From NCBI RefSeq assembly GCF_000143415.4, contig NW_003314263.1, positions 1,700,749 to 1,764,748 on the forward strand: a stretch of DNA of 64,000 nucleotides. The letters run 5' to 3'. Below are positions 26,206 to 39,520 of the stretch, piece by piece. Source of the stretch: Selaginella moellendorffii (lineage: Eukaryota; Plantae; Lycopodiophyta). Below the pieces are notes generated by a model. It searched no databases and had not been told where the DNA came from. It saw only the letters and a list, made by a program, of their open reading frames with translations. The translations under genes and the position numbers were made by a program. The first letter of the stretch is position 1; each line of letters starts with the position of its first letter.

Positions 26206-26749
26206 CAAATACATATGACTAGTTAAAAAGGTTTTTAGTTTTATGACTATTTATCCTTTTTTGTTAGAAGTCACAATGACAATTTTTAACTTGATTATGA
26301 CATTTAGGTTTTAATTAAATCTGGGAATGAAAAGTGGGATATTTTTAGGATCTGGATGCCCAAATTTGAAAATCACTTTCTTGATCCTGCCTAACTATTG
26401 TTTTGCATTCTGACCTTCAAAATAACACCCACTTTTTGCCCAACACTCCTATCCAAGAAAAATGTTTACATCCACTCACTTTCCTGAGGATAAAAAATGC
26501 TCAAATCTAGAGCTACTTTGCTGCTGGGTGGAGAAAGGAGAGGAGCTACATCTCCATCCCCTCAGTCAAAAGGCAAGGATCAAGCACATTGTCCAGTAAG
26601 TGCGCGCTCATCTTCACAAAAACCATTCAAATTAAAGCTAGAAAAGTCCTTTTAGTTAAACAGATCTGGTTGCAAATTCAATGAATCGATGGCAGCTGCA
26701 ATTCCGACTGGTGAATGCCTAGAAGCCCTAGAATTGAGAAACCCCAGAA

Positions 26750-26915
26750 ATGGGGCACTGCCCGAAATTCGTTCTCATTGCAGCTCTAGCTCAAGGGGGA
26801 AAAAAGAACTTCTGAGGTATGCATGCGATGATGGACGTGTCTGTTCCAGCTCCCAAGTGCAGAGGAAAGAAGAACACAACCCAGAAGAACTTCTAGAGGT
26901 ATGCATTTTTCTCGG
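26750..26915 (-). pseudogene. Scrambled P450 intron/exon-2 fragment
   Basis: GTGTCTGTTCCAGCTCCCAAG and AAGAACACAAC..GAAGAACTTC..GGTATG match 28276-28360 of the adjacent P450. Confidence 0.6.
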
Positions 26916-27696
26916 AGTAAATTCATGATCAAAATACAAACACAACATCCTTCACCTTGGTGATTATTATAGATTGTCCTCCATATCAGGAGCAAGCACC
27001 CCTACATCCAGTGCAATTTGCTGGTAAGCTGCAGTCGCTATAGCAGACTCTATCCCTGGTCACGCCATTACACACAACAGAAGTGTATGTGCACACTTGT
27101 GGACAGACTGCAAAAACAACAACCAATAGCAGTGATTGAGAGGATGAATCCAGAGAGAGATTTACCTTGCTTGAGTGTTCTAAACGCTACCGCCTGCTCA
27201 GGCAACATACCTGAAACCATTCACAGAAAGCTGTCAATGAAACGGCAAAAGAAAAGATTCATCAACAATATCTACCCTGAGAAACAGTGAGGAGCAGCAA
27301 GATGATCAGGCCTGTTGCTTCCATTGCTTACACCACATGCCCCTTGTAGCCCCGGTGAGACTTTATACATGCTCAGTCAAATAGAACTCAAGCTGATGAT
27401 ATCAAATAGAACTCAAACTCTTGTATAAGAATTTCAACAAAATCCTTCTAACAACCAAACCAAGCTTGTCAAAGTTACAAAAGTTTGACTGCTCATTTGT
27501 ACATTAGTCGCCTGACTATTTCTTTCCTTCACAATTCAAGCATTTAGGAGATTTAAAAAAGAATTCAGAAACTATACAAAGCTTTGCTGATCCAAGCTGG
27601 TTTCTTCCTCTATAAGAAAAAGAAAGCTCAAAAAAAAAAAAAAAAAAAAACACTAAAGAAACACAGGAATTTCACCAGGAATACATTTGAAAATAT

Positions 27697-29259
27697 TTAG
27701 AACGTATCAATTCTTATTAGGGCTTGCTCGAACGCGGAGTGGGATTTCCATCACTCGGCCATGGGATGCGCGTCCACACCCGGCGCCAAGCTCCACTGGA
27801 ATCGATGCAGCAGATTCGCGAGGGCGAGCTGGATAGTGATCAATCCCAGCGCCATCCCAGGGCAGCCGCGCCGCCCCGATCCAAACGGAAGGAGCTCGAA
27901 ATGCTTGCCGTGGACGTCAATGCTGGACCCCAGGAACCTCTCCGGGAGGAAATCGTCGGCGGATTTCCACAGGGCAGGGTCTCGGCCGATGGCATAGACA
28001 TTGACGAAGAGCCGCGTGCCCTTGGCGATGGCGAGCCCTGCGACGGTGGTGTCTTGGGTGGATTGGTGGGGGATGAGGAGCGGCGCTTGGCGGATGGAGG
28101 CGGAAGGTCTCCTTGATCACTGCGTGGAGGTATGGTAGATCTTGTTAGCTCGTGTTCTTGGATGATTTCCTGGCGGGCATTGCCGAATTTCGCGCGTAAT
28201 TCTTCCTGTGCTTTCTCCAGGGCTCTGGGATTGTTTAGCAGCTCCGCCATTGCCCATTGGATCGTGGTAATGGAGGTGTCTGTTCCAGCTCCCAAGAGAT
28301 TCTAGACGAGAAGAAAGAGTAAGAACACAACATGGAAGAACTTCCAAGGTATGGATTTTTTCTTTCTTTCTTCTTTTAGAGTACCTGGATGAGTGCCTTG
28401 ATGTTTCTAGCTTGATTGTTTGGATCTGGAGAGTCTAGAGACAAGAGTGTGTCGACGAAATCTCCATCTCCATCGTGAGCTTGAGTTTGCTCTCTGCTTT
28501 GCCTCGCAAGGACGTGCTGATCGACCACTTTTTGCAGGAACTCGTCCTGGATCTTGTGCAGGGCTTTCATCTTGGCGACGCTCGAGTCGAACCACCTGAG
28601 AAACGGGATGTAGTCGCCGATGTGGAACTCCCCGAGAAGAATGGTTCCTTGCTCTTGCATATGGATGAAGTCTCTGGTGGCCGCGAGCTCCTCCGTCGTC
28701 TCTCCGGATCCAAAGTAAGCCTTGTTCATCACCATCCGGGTGATGACGTTGAACGTAAACTCCGTCAGCAGATCTAGCAGCACGAAAGGTTCGCTCGTCT
28801 CCGCAACTTTTGCGATCTTCGCTAACAATCTCTGTAGCTCTTCCATCCTTGCCTGCTGCGATGAGGCGAGGCGACGGTCCGTCAGGAGTTCCACGACGCA
28901 CAGCTTCCTCATGCTCCTCCAGTGCTCGCCGTATGGAGCAAAAACCATGTCCTTGGAGTCGTAGAGGATGTACTTCGTGGTGAGCAACGTCGGCCTCGAC
29001 GCAAAGGTGAGATCCTGGTTTCTTAGAAACTCTCTCACCATCTCGTGGCTTGACGCGATCACCACGGGAACCGAGCCAAGCCGGAGCTTGACGAGGGGAC
29101 CATACTTTCGAGCGATCGTGAGGAGAGAGTGGTGAGGGAGCGGTAAAGATGGCCGATGATCGGCAGTGGGGTGGCGAGTGATGGCGCTACTCTCAGGTAG
29201 AACACGCTCGAGAAGACAACCAAGATCAAGAGAATTGCAAAACCAACTAAGAACTCCAT
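27697..29259 (-). pseudogene. Cytochrome P450 (CYP71 clan) pseudogene, 2 exons
   Basis: N-terminal anchor, [43 protein letters not shown], heme motif [11 protein letters not shown]. Frameshifts near 29145, 28145 and 28090, plus a premature TGA at 27751-27753. Confidence 0.9.
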
Positions 29260-30132
29260 GGTCTCCAACGAGGTGAGCGTTCTTCTCTATTAAAGTTCCA
29301 TTGTGGTACTCACTCTTTGTGCCATAGAGTTTGTTCCTCCTCGTATAGGGGCCTTGCGAATCTCATGGTATGCTTACTTGCGAATCTCATTCTATTCGTT
29401 ATTTTTCAAGGAAATGCTCTTGATCATGGCTAAGCATCTATAATAATGATATAATAATGAGGTCTGATCTACCCAATGGCAGCCGTCAGATGGGAAGTAA
29501 CTGTTAAAGGCTTATTTTCTTAATTACGTCTTAGTGAATAATTACATTAATGTTTGCTCTTAGCCAATGGGAGGTGGTCAACTGCCTAAACTAGAGAAGA
29601 AGGTGGTGTGACGTGGGTCACATGTAAACTGTTGACCAGCATTAACATTTAACCTTTTGCAATGGAGACTTATCATTTGGATCTGATAATTTCCTCTAAT
29701 TCCCTTTAACAAATTTCATAATTTGCTTTGAGGAAACACATTTGTGGAATTTAATATTTATTGTTTTGATATTATTCTAATTTAATTTTCAATTTAACAA
29801 AATTATAACAATCAAAACAGTGTTTACTAACTAAGTAGACCATAACCAGTCATTAGATTAAAGGTGGACCCTAAAAGGGTTTCAGTTAAGTAAGCATTTA
29901 GGATCCCCCTCTTCTCTCCTCGCTAGAGGATTGCCAGGCGGGGAAGTAGAAGAAATCCAGGATCGCTCACTGGCGTGCTCAGGCAAGACCAGCTCCTCTT
30001 CTCCGGCGATCACTGGGATTCTGTAACTCAAGGATTAGCACAATCTGTGAGGAGGACACTAACGTCTTGACTCCAATCTTCTTCCAGGACAGTCGGGCAA
30101 AAGATTTATTAGATTTTGTAAACAATCATCGC

Positions 30133-30869
30133 TCACTTGCTCTCAAAGTGAACCCGAATAAACTTCTTGAGCTTCTCGACTTGCGGCAGCGCCACTTTGG
30201 CCGAGGGGTGCTCGGACGCGGCCGCCAAGAGCTTGTGGAAACGCGGGCATTTCGCGGGCTTCAAGCCCATCACTTGCTCAGCTCCTGGGATCCACACCGC
30301 ATAGGGTGCCAGCAGCACATCCAAGAACGACATGCTCGCGCCACCAAAGAAGGGGCCCTCTTCCTCACTGCCCAGCTCCGCCAGAGCTCCCTCGATAAGC
30401 AAACAGTTTTGGTTGAACTCCTCGTTCACGGCCGCGTCACCGTTACTACGCAAGAATCGTATCCAGGAGTCGAAAAGCTGTGTGATCGATAAGCAGGAAG
30501 AGTATAAAACCCGTAGCAGCAGATTTCTAGTAAGAGAATCCATACCTTTTTGTCCATGAAATCGCTCCAGAAGCGGTGCTGTGCGCGGAGGAATGCGTCC
30601 TGAGGCAAGAGTGGGCTTGTTTCGGGCCAGACCTCGTCGATGTAGTGGACAATGATGGCCGATTCCAGGATGGGCTTGCCCTTGTGGATGAGAACGGGGA
30701 CCTTCTTGTGAACTGGATTGGATTCGAGCAGGATCTTGCTCTTGTTGCCAAGGTCTTGGGGGAGATCTTCGTGCTCGATGCCTTTGAGCGCTAGTGCAAG
30801 CTTGACTCGCATGGAAAAGGGGCTGGGCCAAGCGCTGAGCAGTGTCACCTCTTGATCGCGAGAAGCCAT
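30133..30869 (-). CDS. GSTU: Tau-class glutathione S-transferase, copy 2
   Basis: WPSPFSMRVKLAL; near-identical to copy 1 with the same intron position. Confidence 0.93.
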
Positions 30870-31519
30870 GGCTGGAAAATTGACAAGGAAAGTTGGAAAT
30901 GCGAATGGAATGAGGTTTGATTGAATGAAGGGTCGTGTTTTATAATATAAAGAGCGTGTTTAAGGTGGCTCCTACGTGAATTTCCGAGAAGGCAGAGGAG
31001 AAGGCTGAAGGTAACAGGCTTAAACTTTAAAAAATTGATTTGATTTTAACTCTGGTTCTTCCATGAGCCTGAAGCTTAGCCCATTCTTCAGGGTGATCGT
31101 ATCCAACAACAAAGCTCAAGCTTAGGCATTGACAATTGTCTCATGGCACATCCAGAAATTCTTGGAACACTTTATTGGCTTTTTATTATTACTTGTTTTT
31201 TGCAGTAACTTACGATCTCTCCTGGAATTTGGTGGAGCCTCCTGTTAAGAGTATCAAGAGGTCAGGCATTATAACTTGCAAAATCATGAGTATGGTCCAC
31301 CCAATGTTGCCCAAAGTCATCATTAAACTGAACATGATCTATTCTTGAGGAAATCATTTACTTCAAATGCTTGGTTTGCTTAAGAGTAGTGTTATTTTTA
31401 TTTATTAATTTAATGAATCAAAATTGTAATTTATAATTATAATCATGCTCATAATTTATAAACACAAAATTAATTTTATTGAATATCAACCATTAGATGG
31501 TAAAGCAAAGCATTTCAGC

Positions 31520-32490
31520 CGTTGCATATACACAATTTTTGGAGGATCAACCTACTGAATGTCATGCCGAAACTCATAAACTTATGGTCTAACTTGCTAC
31601 AACACCTAATATGATCCTTTCCATTGAGCAAAGAGCCCTTTATATAAATTACATATTGTAAGATAGAGAAAACAAATTAAATCAAGTCCTCAATTTTGTA
31701 CTTCACATATGGCAATGATGAGAGTTGTAGCATCATTGTTATCCCACTTATACGCGGCTCAGGTGTTCGGTAGACTTTACTTAGACAAGTGGAAGAATGC
31801 TTGTCAAATATTGATCCAACAACATAGCATCGGTAGCCTGTGGCAATCGTGAAGGTAAACCCAACTTCGTTGATAGTATTGGATTATGACCATATAGGAG
31901 TTTATATCGTGAAACAATAACAGAACTCTGCACTCTTGTGACATATGCATATCGAAGAGATTGTAAATAACCATCCCAATCCGAATGCTAAAAGTTCACG
32001 TACTTTGCAATTATCTTTTTGAAGGTTCGAACAAGTTGTTCCACTAAACTGTCTAATTGTGAATGATAAGCACTTGTGAAAGTGTGGTATATCCCCAACT
32101 AAGATGTCAAAACTTGAAATGCCTTAGCCATAAATGCGGTACTATTATTCGAAAGAACCTGCTTTGGACAGAATTACTGGAACACCACTTCATTGAGGAG
32201 GAAGTATCTAACAGTGTTAACAAGAGCACTAACTTCCATCCAATAAATCAAATAGTCAGAAGCAATAATGACATATTTATTGTCAGCAGTTAGTTGTGGA
32301 AAAGGTCCCATCAAATTAAATGCCATCAATTTAAATGGACAAGAAACCACAATTGACTCTAACTGTCCTTCTGCAGCACCAAGGGGAGTATTACGAGCTT
32401 AACACTAAACACAGCTATGCATATATCAAATAACATCACGTCACATCTTTAGCCAATAGAAAGACTTACATGTAAGCAACCAAATTTTCC
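31520..32490 (-). mobile_element. Highly degenerate gypsy integrase remnant
   Basis: Stop-riddled translation FYWLKM*RDV..C..C...PFKLMAFNLMGPFP..NKYVIIASDYLIYWMEV. Confidence 0.65.
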
Positions 32491-32509
32491 ATTCTACTTT
32501 AGCCATTTA

Positions 32510-34030
32510 ACCACTTGTGAGACATAAATCCTTGAGCCCCAAAGTGGAGACAAAAGGGTGCCACATGATAGTGGCCGAAGTGAAAGCCAAACGAGCATAA
32601 CACATTTGGATTAAAAGTTTTGACTTGAAAAGTCGAGAGTGGGATTGGAACTCTCAATGGAGTGCTCAAGGAACGAGCACGAAGCAAGCAAAAAGTGAGT
32701 CTTTAGAAAAGGGACACAAAAAGACCAACACATGACTCGAGATATACCTAAGTTGGAGTCCAAGATGGACCTGAGATGGAGTCTGAAATGGAGTTCAAGA
32801 TGGACCTGAGATGGAGTCCGAGATGGACCTGAGATGGAGTCCGAGATGGACCCAAGATGGAGTCCGAGATGGACCCGAGATGGAGTCCGAGATGGACTTG
32901 AGATGGAGTCTGAGGTCGAGTCCAAGATGGACTTGAGATGGAATTCGAGATCAAGACTGAGACTGAGACCGAGACCGAGATTGAGATTGAGACCGAGTTT
33001 GAGACCAAGTCCGAGACCCAATCGAAGTGCTTAGGCATGGTAGAAAGTGCAAAGCTACCCTCTTAGTCGGGAGGAGAATAACTAAAAGGAATGTATAAGG
33101 CCAAAAATAAATAATAAAGGGATAGAACTGTAGAAATTGAAGAGCATAGTCAAGGATGGTTATGCAAGTTGGGAGTGGAAAATCAAGTGGGTGCTCGAAT
33201 GTATTGCTATTGGCAACCATGATGCCATGAAGAGTCTAAAATATGGAATTAATCATGTTAGACCATATGACAATGAGAAGGCTTGCCAAAGGAGAGGCCT
33301 TAGTAAGCTAAGGGACAAAGCCCCTTCAATGTTCCCAAAGACAACTCTAAATAAGTTAGCACCTAGAAAGACAAGTGTAAATGGTTCATCGGAATGCACA
33401 AAATCAAAGTGGCACAACAGAAGCGTAGTTTTGAAGCTTACTATAAAGCAAGGCTATCAAAGTTGGGGAATTAGTTCCCGAGTGTTCAAAAATATAACTT
33501 TGAACAAAATTCGATAGTTGAGGACTTACACACTTATACATAAAACCTTGTTACATTTGTTGGGTGATTTGCTAAGTGAGATTGACAAGTTAGGGGAATA
33601 AAGACCTTAATTGGGGTGGCCTATAATGCCGAGTATGGAAGAGTCCAATCATGATCACAGATCTGTCAAATGAAAGGATTTGGCAATTCGGAGGAATTAA
33701 GTTCTTAAGCTGTGATTCATAGTGTGCTTTGGGTATAAGTTGGTGCATCGGCGTAGGGAGTCATGATAGGATCCTAGGTGATGCCATCTATAGATGCATA
33801 TATAAAGGTTGGTTCGAGTCCTAACGATTTAGTGCTTGGGTTCGAATCCCAACTCACTAGGGCATAGTGATGGTTTAGAATATGAGAACAATCATTTTTC
33901 GATGGTCATGGATTCTAAGTGAGGAGGTTGGCTTCAGTGCACTGCCAAGCAGGGGATTCCCCAGAGTTGTGATACACAATTAGATTGCTGTAAGTGACTA
34001 AAGTTTCCATTCTACTTTAGTCACTTAACC
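32510..34030. mobile_element. Remnant of a second LTR-type repeat family with 20-bp (GAGATGGAGTCCGAGATGGA) and 6-bp tandem arrays
   Basis: 32510-33020 is homologous to 54750-55350 and, inverted, to 57550-58440. 33560-33890 is homologous, inverted, to 56500-56810. Confidence 0.65.
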
Positions 34031-34469
34031 ACACCTCTAGCCACTTGGAAGAGTTTCACTCATAGCCTCCATAAGTCTTATTCCAAACTTGGGGCTTGCT
34101 CCCCAAGAATGGCATCCTTACCACTCAACCTTTGCACTTGGTCCAAGTGCAAAATGTGTCCAATCCCATGACTGACACTCAAAGGTACCACCGACATATT
34201 AGTCTGTTATGCTAAAGCCATGCCTATTCACATTTGTCACACTAGTGATCCAACACCACTTATATCATAGTCCCGTCTCTCAAAGACTGGGCCATCCATT
34301 TATGAGTGATAATCACAGATCCACTCCTTAGCATCTTTAGAATGCCCACTGACATGGGGAACTGCCTTCCCCAATACCCCTTTTTCAGTCCCCACTAAGT
34401 CCCTTTCATTCCATGGCCCTTATAAGGCAAGACATCCAATGGGGGTCATTCGGGAGAATGAAGGCAACT

Positions 34470-37400
34470 TAACCGGTTGTGTGAAGGAGAATTGCTGATA
34501 AAAGGAATGCATCCTTTAAGTGATCTTTAGTCAGGATGTTCCAGCTTGGGACATCACCATTAGCATTTGGAAGACCATTTGGCATGTCAAAGAGCATGAA
34601 GTTTGTGCTCTTGAGCGGTTGCCTATGGATCTTCTGACAAAAGTGCTTCCACTTTTGCTGGATAGCCATATTCTTAGCATCCTCCTTGAAAGATGCCATC
34701 AATGAACTGTAGGAGCCAATAAAGATCCCAACTTCACTATGGAATGCCATTCGAGAAACAGGGCAAATCTAGGGGAAGAAGACAAAGGTAAGATGTGAAT
34801 TTAAGAAAAAATTATATACCATTATATGGTGTGTGGTAGATGTAAGTTCCTCTAGGTCCTCTTTTCGGACATCAAGACAAGCTGGAATGAAGTTACTTCT
34901 AACAGTTTTTGCTGCAACCATTTCGAAGGACTAAGAATAGGAGAGAATTAAGAGAAATATACCTCGAGAAGTTCTTCGGTTACAGGTATGTCTTGGACGA
35001 TCATCATCATTGTTGACTAATTCCTCCAAATGTGGATTTACATGCTTTTGTTGAGGTAGAACTTCTTATATGTTCTGGTTCTCTTGCTCCACTTCGTCTC
35101 GAGGAATTTCTTGCAAGTCATTCTCACCGCCATCTTCACTCCTCGCCATTGGCACCAATAGTGTTGACATTCTCATGGCCATCATCTTCGCCATCTGGCA
35201 TGTCTTCATTGTTGCCTCTTGCAGCCTCTCGACGGGTTGGTGCATAATCTGGCATCTCCAATTCCCAAGGACAAGCTTGCTTTATTGCTGCTGGAAACTT
35301 CATTGTTGTCGGGTATATGCCTCCATCTCTCACATCATGCTTTATGAGTCGTTTTCATACTAGTGTTTCAAGAGGAATGCCTCTATATTGGAGATACCTA
35401 TAATAGAATATAAACAAATTGAGTATAGTTGAGAAATTGTATGTTACTTGAAAGCCACTCACCGCATGAAATAAGGTTGGCCAAGTTATTTATCAAATAG
35501 AGTCGTGCTTGTGGCCTTCTTCGGCAGCTAGTCCTCTTTGAGTTTTGTAAGTTTAGTGGTGAAAAAGTCCTTGAATGGAAGTTGCTCAAGATCATCCCCT
35601 ATGAAAAGCACTTGAAACATCTCCCCTTCATATATAGTTTATGAAATGTAGATGGTCCTCCTTAGCACAGTCTTCATCATATTGTCCAGCCCTTTTCCTC
35701 CTTCCCTGAGTTTGCTATTGAGGTCATTGAAAATGTGTATTTGTTCCTTATATGTAAGCTTTGAGTTTGAGATGTTGTAAATAATCTCATCTGGAGTCTT
35801 GCCCACTAAGAAATAACTTTTGTGAGTAATCTTCATGTAAACGCAAACAATACTTACTTTCATGACAAACAATCTCTATTATGATATCAAACCACTCCTT
35901 TGGGCGTTGAGGGTTAGCCACACTAAGTAATTTCTTTACCTTTGTCTTCTTTGTGATGTTGATTTTTTTGTCAATTGCAGCTAAATGCTCTAAGAGTTCT
36001 TGATTGTTTTCAGCTTGATGCAACTGTGCATATACATCTTGCCTAACCTTCACCAATGGTTGAAGATAACACAAACATTCTATGACAAAAAGTATAATTA
36101 GAAGAATATACTTTACTCCACACGGCTATCATAAAGGCTATTGAATTCTTGTACCATCTATTGGCATCTTGATGACCTTGTTAATGCCGAATAAGTGATG
36201 CTAAATCATCACTATAGTGGCTCCGGACTGCATCCTTGTTGAGATTGGCAAGAAATTGGATCTACTTGATATCATGTACTAGGCTTTGTTTTTGCACTAT
36301 AAACTATCCCAGCCTGCAAAACACAAATTGTTAAAAGTGATTGAAGAGAGAGAGGTACTTACGCATTAATTTTGTGGTAAGCTATCACAAGCCTTGCCAT
36401 ATCTAGAGATCCTCTTGCGTGTACATGTCCAACCAAAACATTAATATGATAGACAGGATTGTCTCGGAAGCATTCATTGATACACTTCATCCACGCACAT
36501 CAGTGATGATTCCCGTCGATAATGTAAAACATTTTCCCCACAAATTGTTGAGTCCCAGGATGGCTCATAAGCATGTTGTCAAATTCGTGGGACTTCATTT
36601 TCCAAATGTCATCCCAAACCCTCTTGATTTCCGGTGACACCGAGAGGGTATTTTTTGTTCCTGGCTTGAAGACTGAAATAGGGAACATACCTATGTTTGT
36701 CCCAAGTCCATTTTGTTTGTACAAATTATAGATGTCCATGTTGACGAAGTGAGGTGAAGCAAACTGAACGATGCTTGTCTGAGTGAATTGACATAGTGGG
36801 ACTTCTCGGATCATGTCTCTCGAGCCTTCCCACTTGAGAGACTCTAGAGTCATGTGAATGGCCTTCTATTTGGTTTTCAAAACTGTCTTTTGGAAGCACT
36901 TGTCTACAATGTGTTCAAATAGCTCCACTTCTCTTTTAGCTTCAATTACACCTCCAGTAGCACCATTATCAAATCTAGCCCCCAAATCGGGCCCAACACC
37001 CCCATTAGGTGCATCTGGGCACTGCTCCATAATATAGTTAGTTTTTGCCATATTTTGTGAATATGTTAAGAGTAGTGGCATTTGTGGTTGTGGTAGCAAT
37101 GGTAGTGATGACAATGGTTGCAATGGTGCTACTAGTGGTGATGATGGTGGCAATGGTAGTGGTAATGGTGACGATAGTGGTGGTGGTAATGGTGGTGATG
37201 ATGGTGGTGGTAATGGTGGTGATGAAGGTAGAGGTGGCAATGGTGGTGAAGGTGGTGGCAGTGGTAATGATGGTGGTGGCATCGATGGTGGTGGTTGCAA
37301 AAATGGGGGTGCATGTGGACTAAAGCTATCTAGTTGTGAAGACAGTAGAGTTGTCGCTGTGGAAATCTCTATCTAAAGGCCAAATTGATTGTCATCCTGG

Positions 37401-37470
37401 ATCTCATCTTCCTCATGTCTTGTTCTCTTTGATCCAACATCCTTCTCCTTTTGTAGTTGTTTTCGATTCT
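34470..37470 (-). pseudogene. Decayed multi-exon gene with Pro-rich tract and ParB/Srx-like 'FYIIDGNH' motif
   Basis: Collinear ORFs 37300-36866 and 36853-36500 share a frame and are separated by a single stop. KMFYIIDGNHH*CAW resembles the DGxHR..A motif. GT-AG introns lie downstream; boundaries are approximate. Confidence 0.5.
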
Positions 37471-37532
37471 GAAAATAAAAAAAAACTCATTATAAAATAA
37501 AAATGCATAAGACATAAAAATGCATAAGAAGC

Positions 37533-38054
37533 ATGGAGTGTGCAGCCGAATGCCTAGCCCGGGCACTTGGCATGGGCGAGGCTGAGCAGGCTGGTTCGCC
37601 GACGTACCGGCCCGCGTGGAGTGCCCGGCCAAGTGCCCAGCCTGGGCACTTGGCCCGAGCGCTAGTTTGCCAGTGTACTAGCTCGCCCCCAAGCACCATA
37701 GCTAGCCATGTGGAGTGCCTGGCCAAATGCCCGGCCTAGGCACTTGGCGCGGGCGCCGATTCACCAACGTACTGGCCCGCCCCCAAGTGCCATGGCCAGC
37801 CTGCGTAGAGTGCCCAGTCGAGTGCCTGGCCTAGGCACTTGGCGCGGGCACTCCGCACAGGCGCCAGTTCACCAGCGTACCGGCCCGCCCCCAAGTGCCA
37901 TGGCCAGCCAATGTGGAGTGCCCGGCCAAGTGCCCGACCCAAGCACTTGGCACGGGCACTCTATGCGGGCGCCGGTTTGCCAGCATACCGGCCCACCCCC
38001 AAGCGCCATGGCCAGCCCGCGTGGAGTGCCCGGCCGAGTACCTGGCTTGGGCAC
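37533..38054. repeat. GC-rich tandem repeat, ~108-bp unit (continues at 39212-39520; that part is duplicated at 43843-44151)
   Basis: Units start at 37753, 37861 and 37969 (GCGCC..TTC.CCA.CGTAC.GGCCC.CCCCCAAG.GCCATGGCCAGCC). Confidence 0.85.
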
Positions 38055-39211
38055 TGTAAGGAACCGACTCCCCGAGATGTCGTAGGCTAAAGGATCCCTG
38101 AAAGCTTGACCGAAATGACAAAGAGTTCATTGGATGGGACCGAGTTGAAGATCGAGTCCAAGACCGACTCTGAGACCGAGTTCGAGATAGAGTCCGGGAT
38201 CGAGCCGAGGCCGAATCGGAGACCGAGATCGAGACCGAGTTCGAGACCAAGTTCGAGACAGAGTCCGAGATCCAAATCGGGTCCGAGACTGAGTCCGAGG
38301 TCGAGTCCGAAGTCAAGTCCGAGATCGGGTCCGAGATCGAGTCCGAGATCGAGTCCGAGACGGAATCCAAAGTCGGGTCCGAGATCGAGTCCGAGATTGA
38401 TTCTGAGACTAAGTCCACATACTAATACAGCTCAAGGGGTGAAAGCCCAAAGCTTGTGTCTCCCAGGGGGGGAGGGGGGGGGGGGCTGCAAGGGGTATAG
38501 TAGGGATAGTGAGGTCCAGGAACCAGTCTTGAAGGAACTCTCTAGTGGTGCTTCCAAACTGACTTGAGGTTGAGATTGGGGCTGAGGGGCCTTGGGTGGG
38601 AGTGAGCATGGGCTTGAGTGGTGCCGGAGGGGCCACCCAAGGAAGTGCTCAAGAGCAGCTCCCACTCCCAAAAGGGAAACCAACTGCGGTGCTCCCGGCT
38701 CATGTGGAGTGGTGCCCCACTTGAGTACCTTGTGGCTCATTGGTCCTCGCCCTTCTTAGGGGCTTGGGCCTTCCCTTCGAGATGGAAGTGGGGGGGGTAG
38801 AGGTACCCATACCGGGCCGTTAGGCCACGGTGTTTCGCCCCGACGTCCCGAAGCAAGTGTTGCACCCAAGGCTTGGGATTTAGAGGGTCCCATGATCAAG
38901 TCTTGTGGTACCAAGGGGTGTTAGGAACCTGGAGGCTTGGTGTGCTTGGCTGCTTGTGCCTGCGGGGAGTGTAGCCGAACCTTAAGTCCAGTCTAACCTG
39001 GGAGGGGGATTGGGAGAGATTCAGGAATCCGTAGATGGATGGCTAACACTCCGTTGCTCGTGCAGTGAGTAGCTGAAACTAAGTAGGACCAAGTAGGAGC
39101 TGGTACCATAGGCGAGAACCTTGGTGAGGGAACTTAGCACAAGCCAAGGCAGAGTTGTTCGGATAGACGAGGTAAGCTGGCAAATTGGAAAGGAAAAATT
39201 TGTGGCTTATA
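38055..39211 (+). mobile_element. Chromovirus solo LTR with 5-bp TSD GGCAC
   Basis: Starts TGTAAGG, ends GGCTTATA (CA to TA). GGCAC at 38050-38054 and 39212-39216. Homologous to 50963-52081; contains a 12-bp GAGTCCGAGATC array. Confidence 0.9.
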
Positions 39212-39520
39212 GGCACTTGGCACGGGGAAGGTTGTGCGGGCTAGTTCGCTAGCGTACCAGCCCACCCCCAAGCGCCATGGTTGGCCCACGTGGAGTGCCT
39301 GGCTCAGGCACTTGGTGCAGGCACCGGTTCGCCGGCATACCGGCCTGCCCCCAAGCGCCATGGCCGGCTAGCCCGGCCCAGACACTTGGTAGTGGTAGTG
39401 CTGGGCACGGTAGCGGTGGCACTAGGCACGACAGTGCTAGAGATTGGGTGCTAGGTGTGGTGTGGGTGCGGTGGTGCTGAGCGCGGCATGGGCATAGCAG
39501 CACTAGGCACAGGCGGTGAT

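Noticed and set aside
33807-33852. tRNA gene suggested by GGTTCGAATCCC
   Set aside because: No A-box/D-arm, anticodon arm or acceptor stem; reported only as T-arm-like hairpins.
37045-37323. His-rich and Val/Met-rich ORFs
   Set aside because: Alternative frames of the CCA-rich Pro tract.
38140-38410. Regular short repeats resembling a CRISPR array (also 32750-33020, 45125-45420, 51760-52005)
   Set aside because: They are 6/12/20-bp tandem units without unique spacers, located inside LTRs of a eukaryotic genome; no cas genes.
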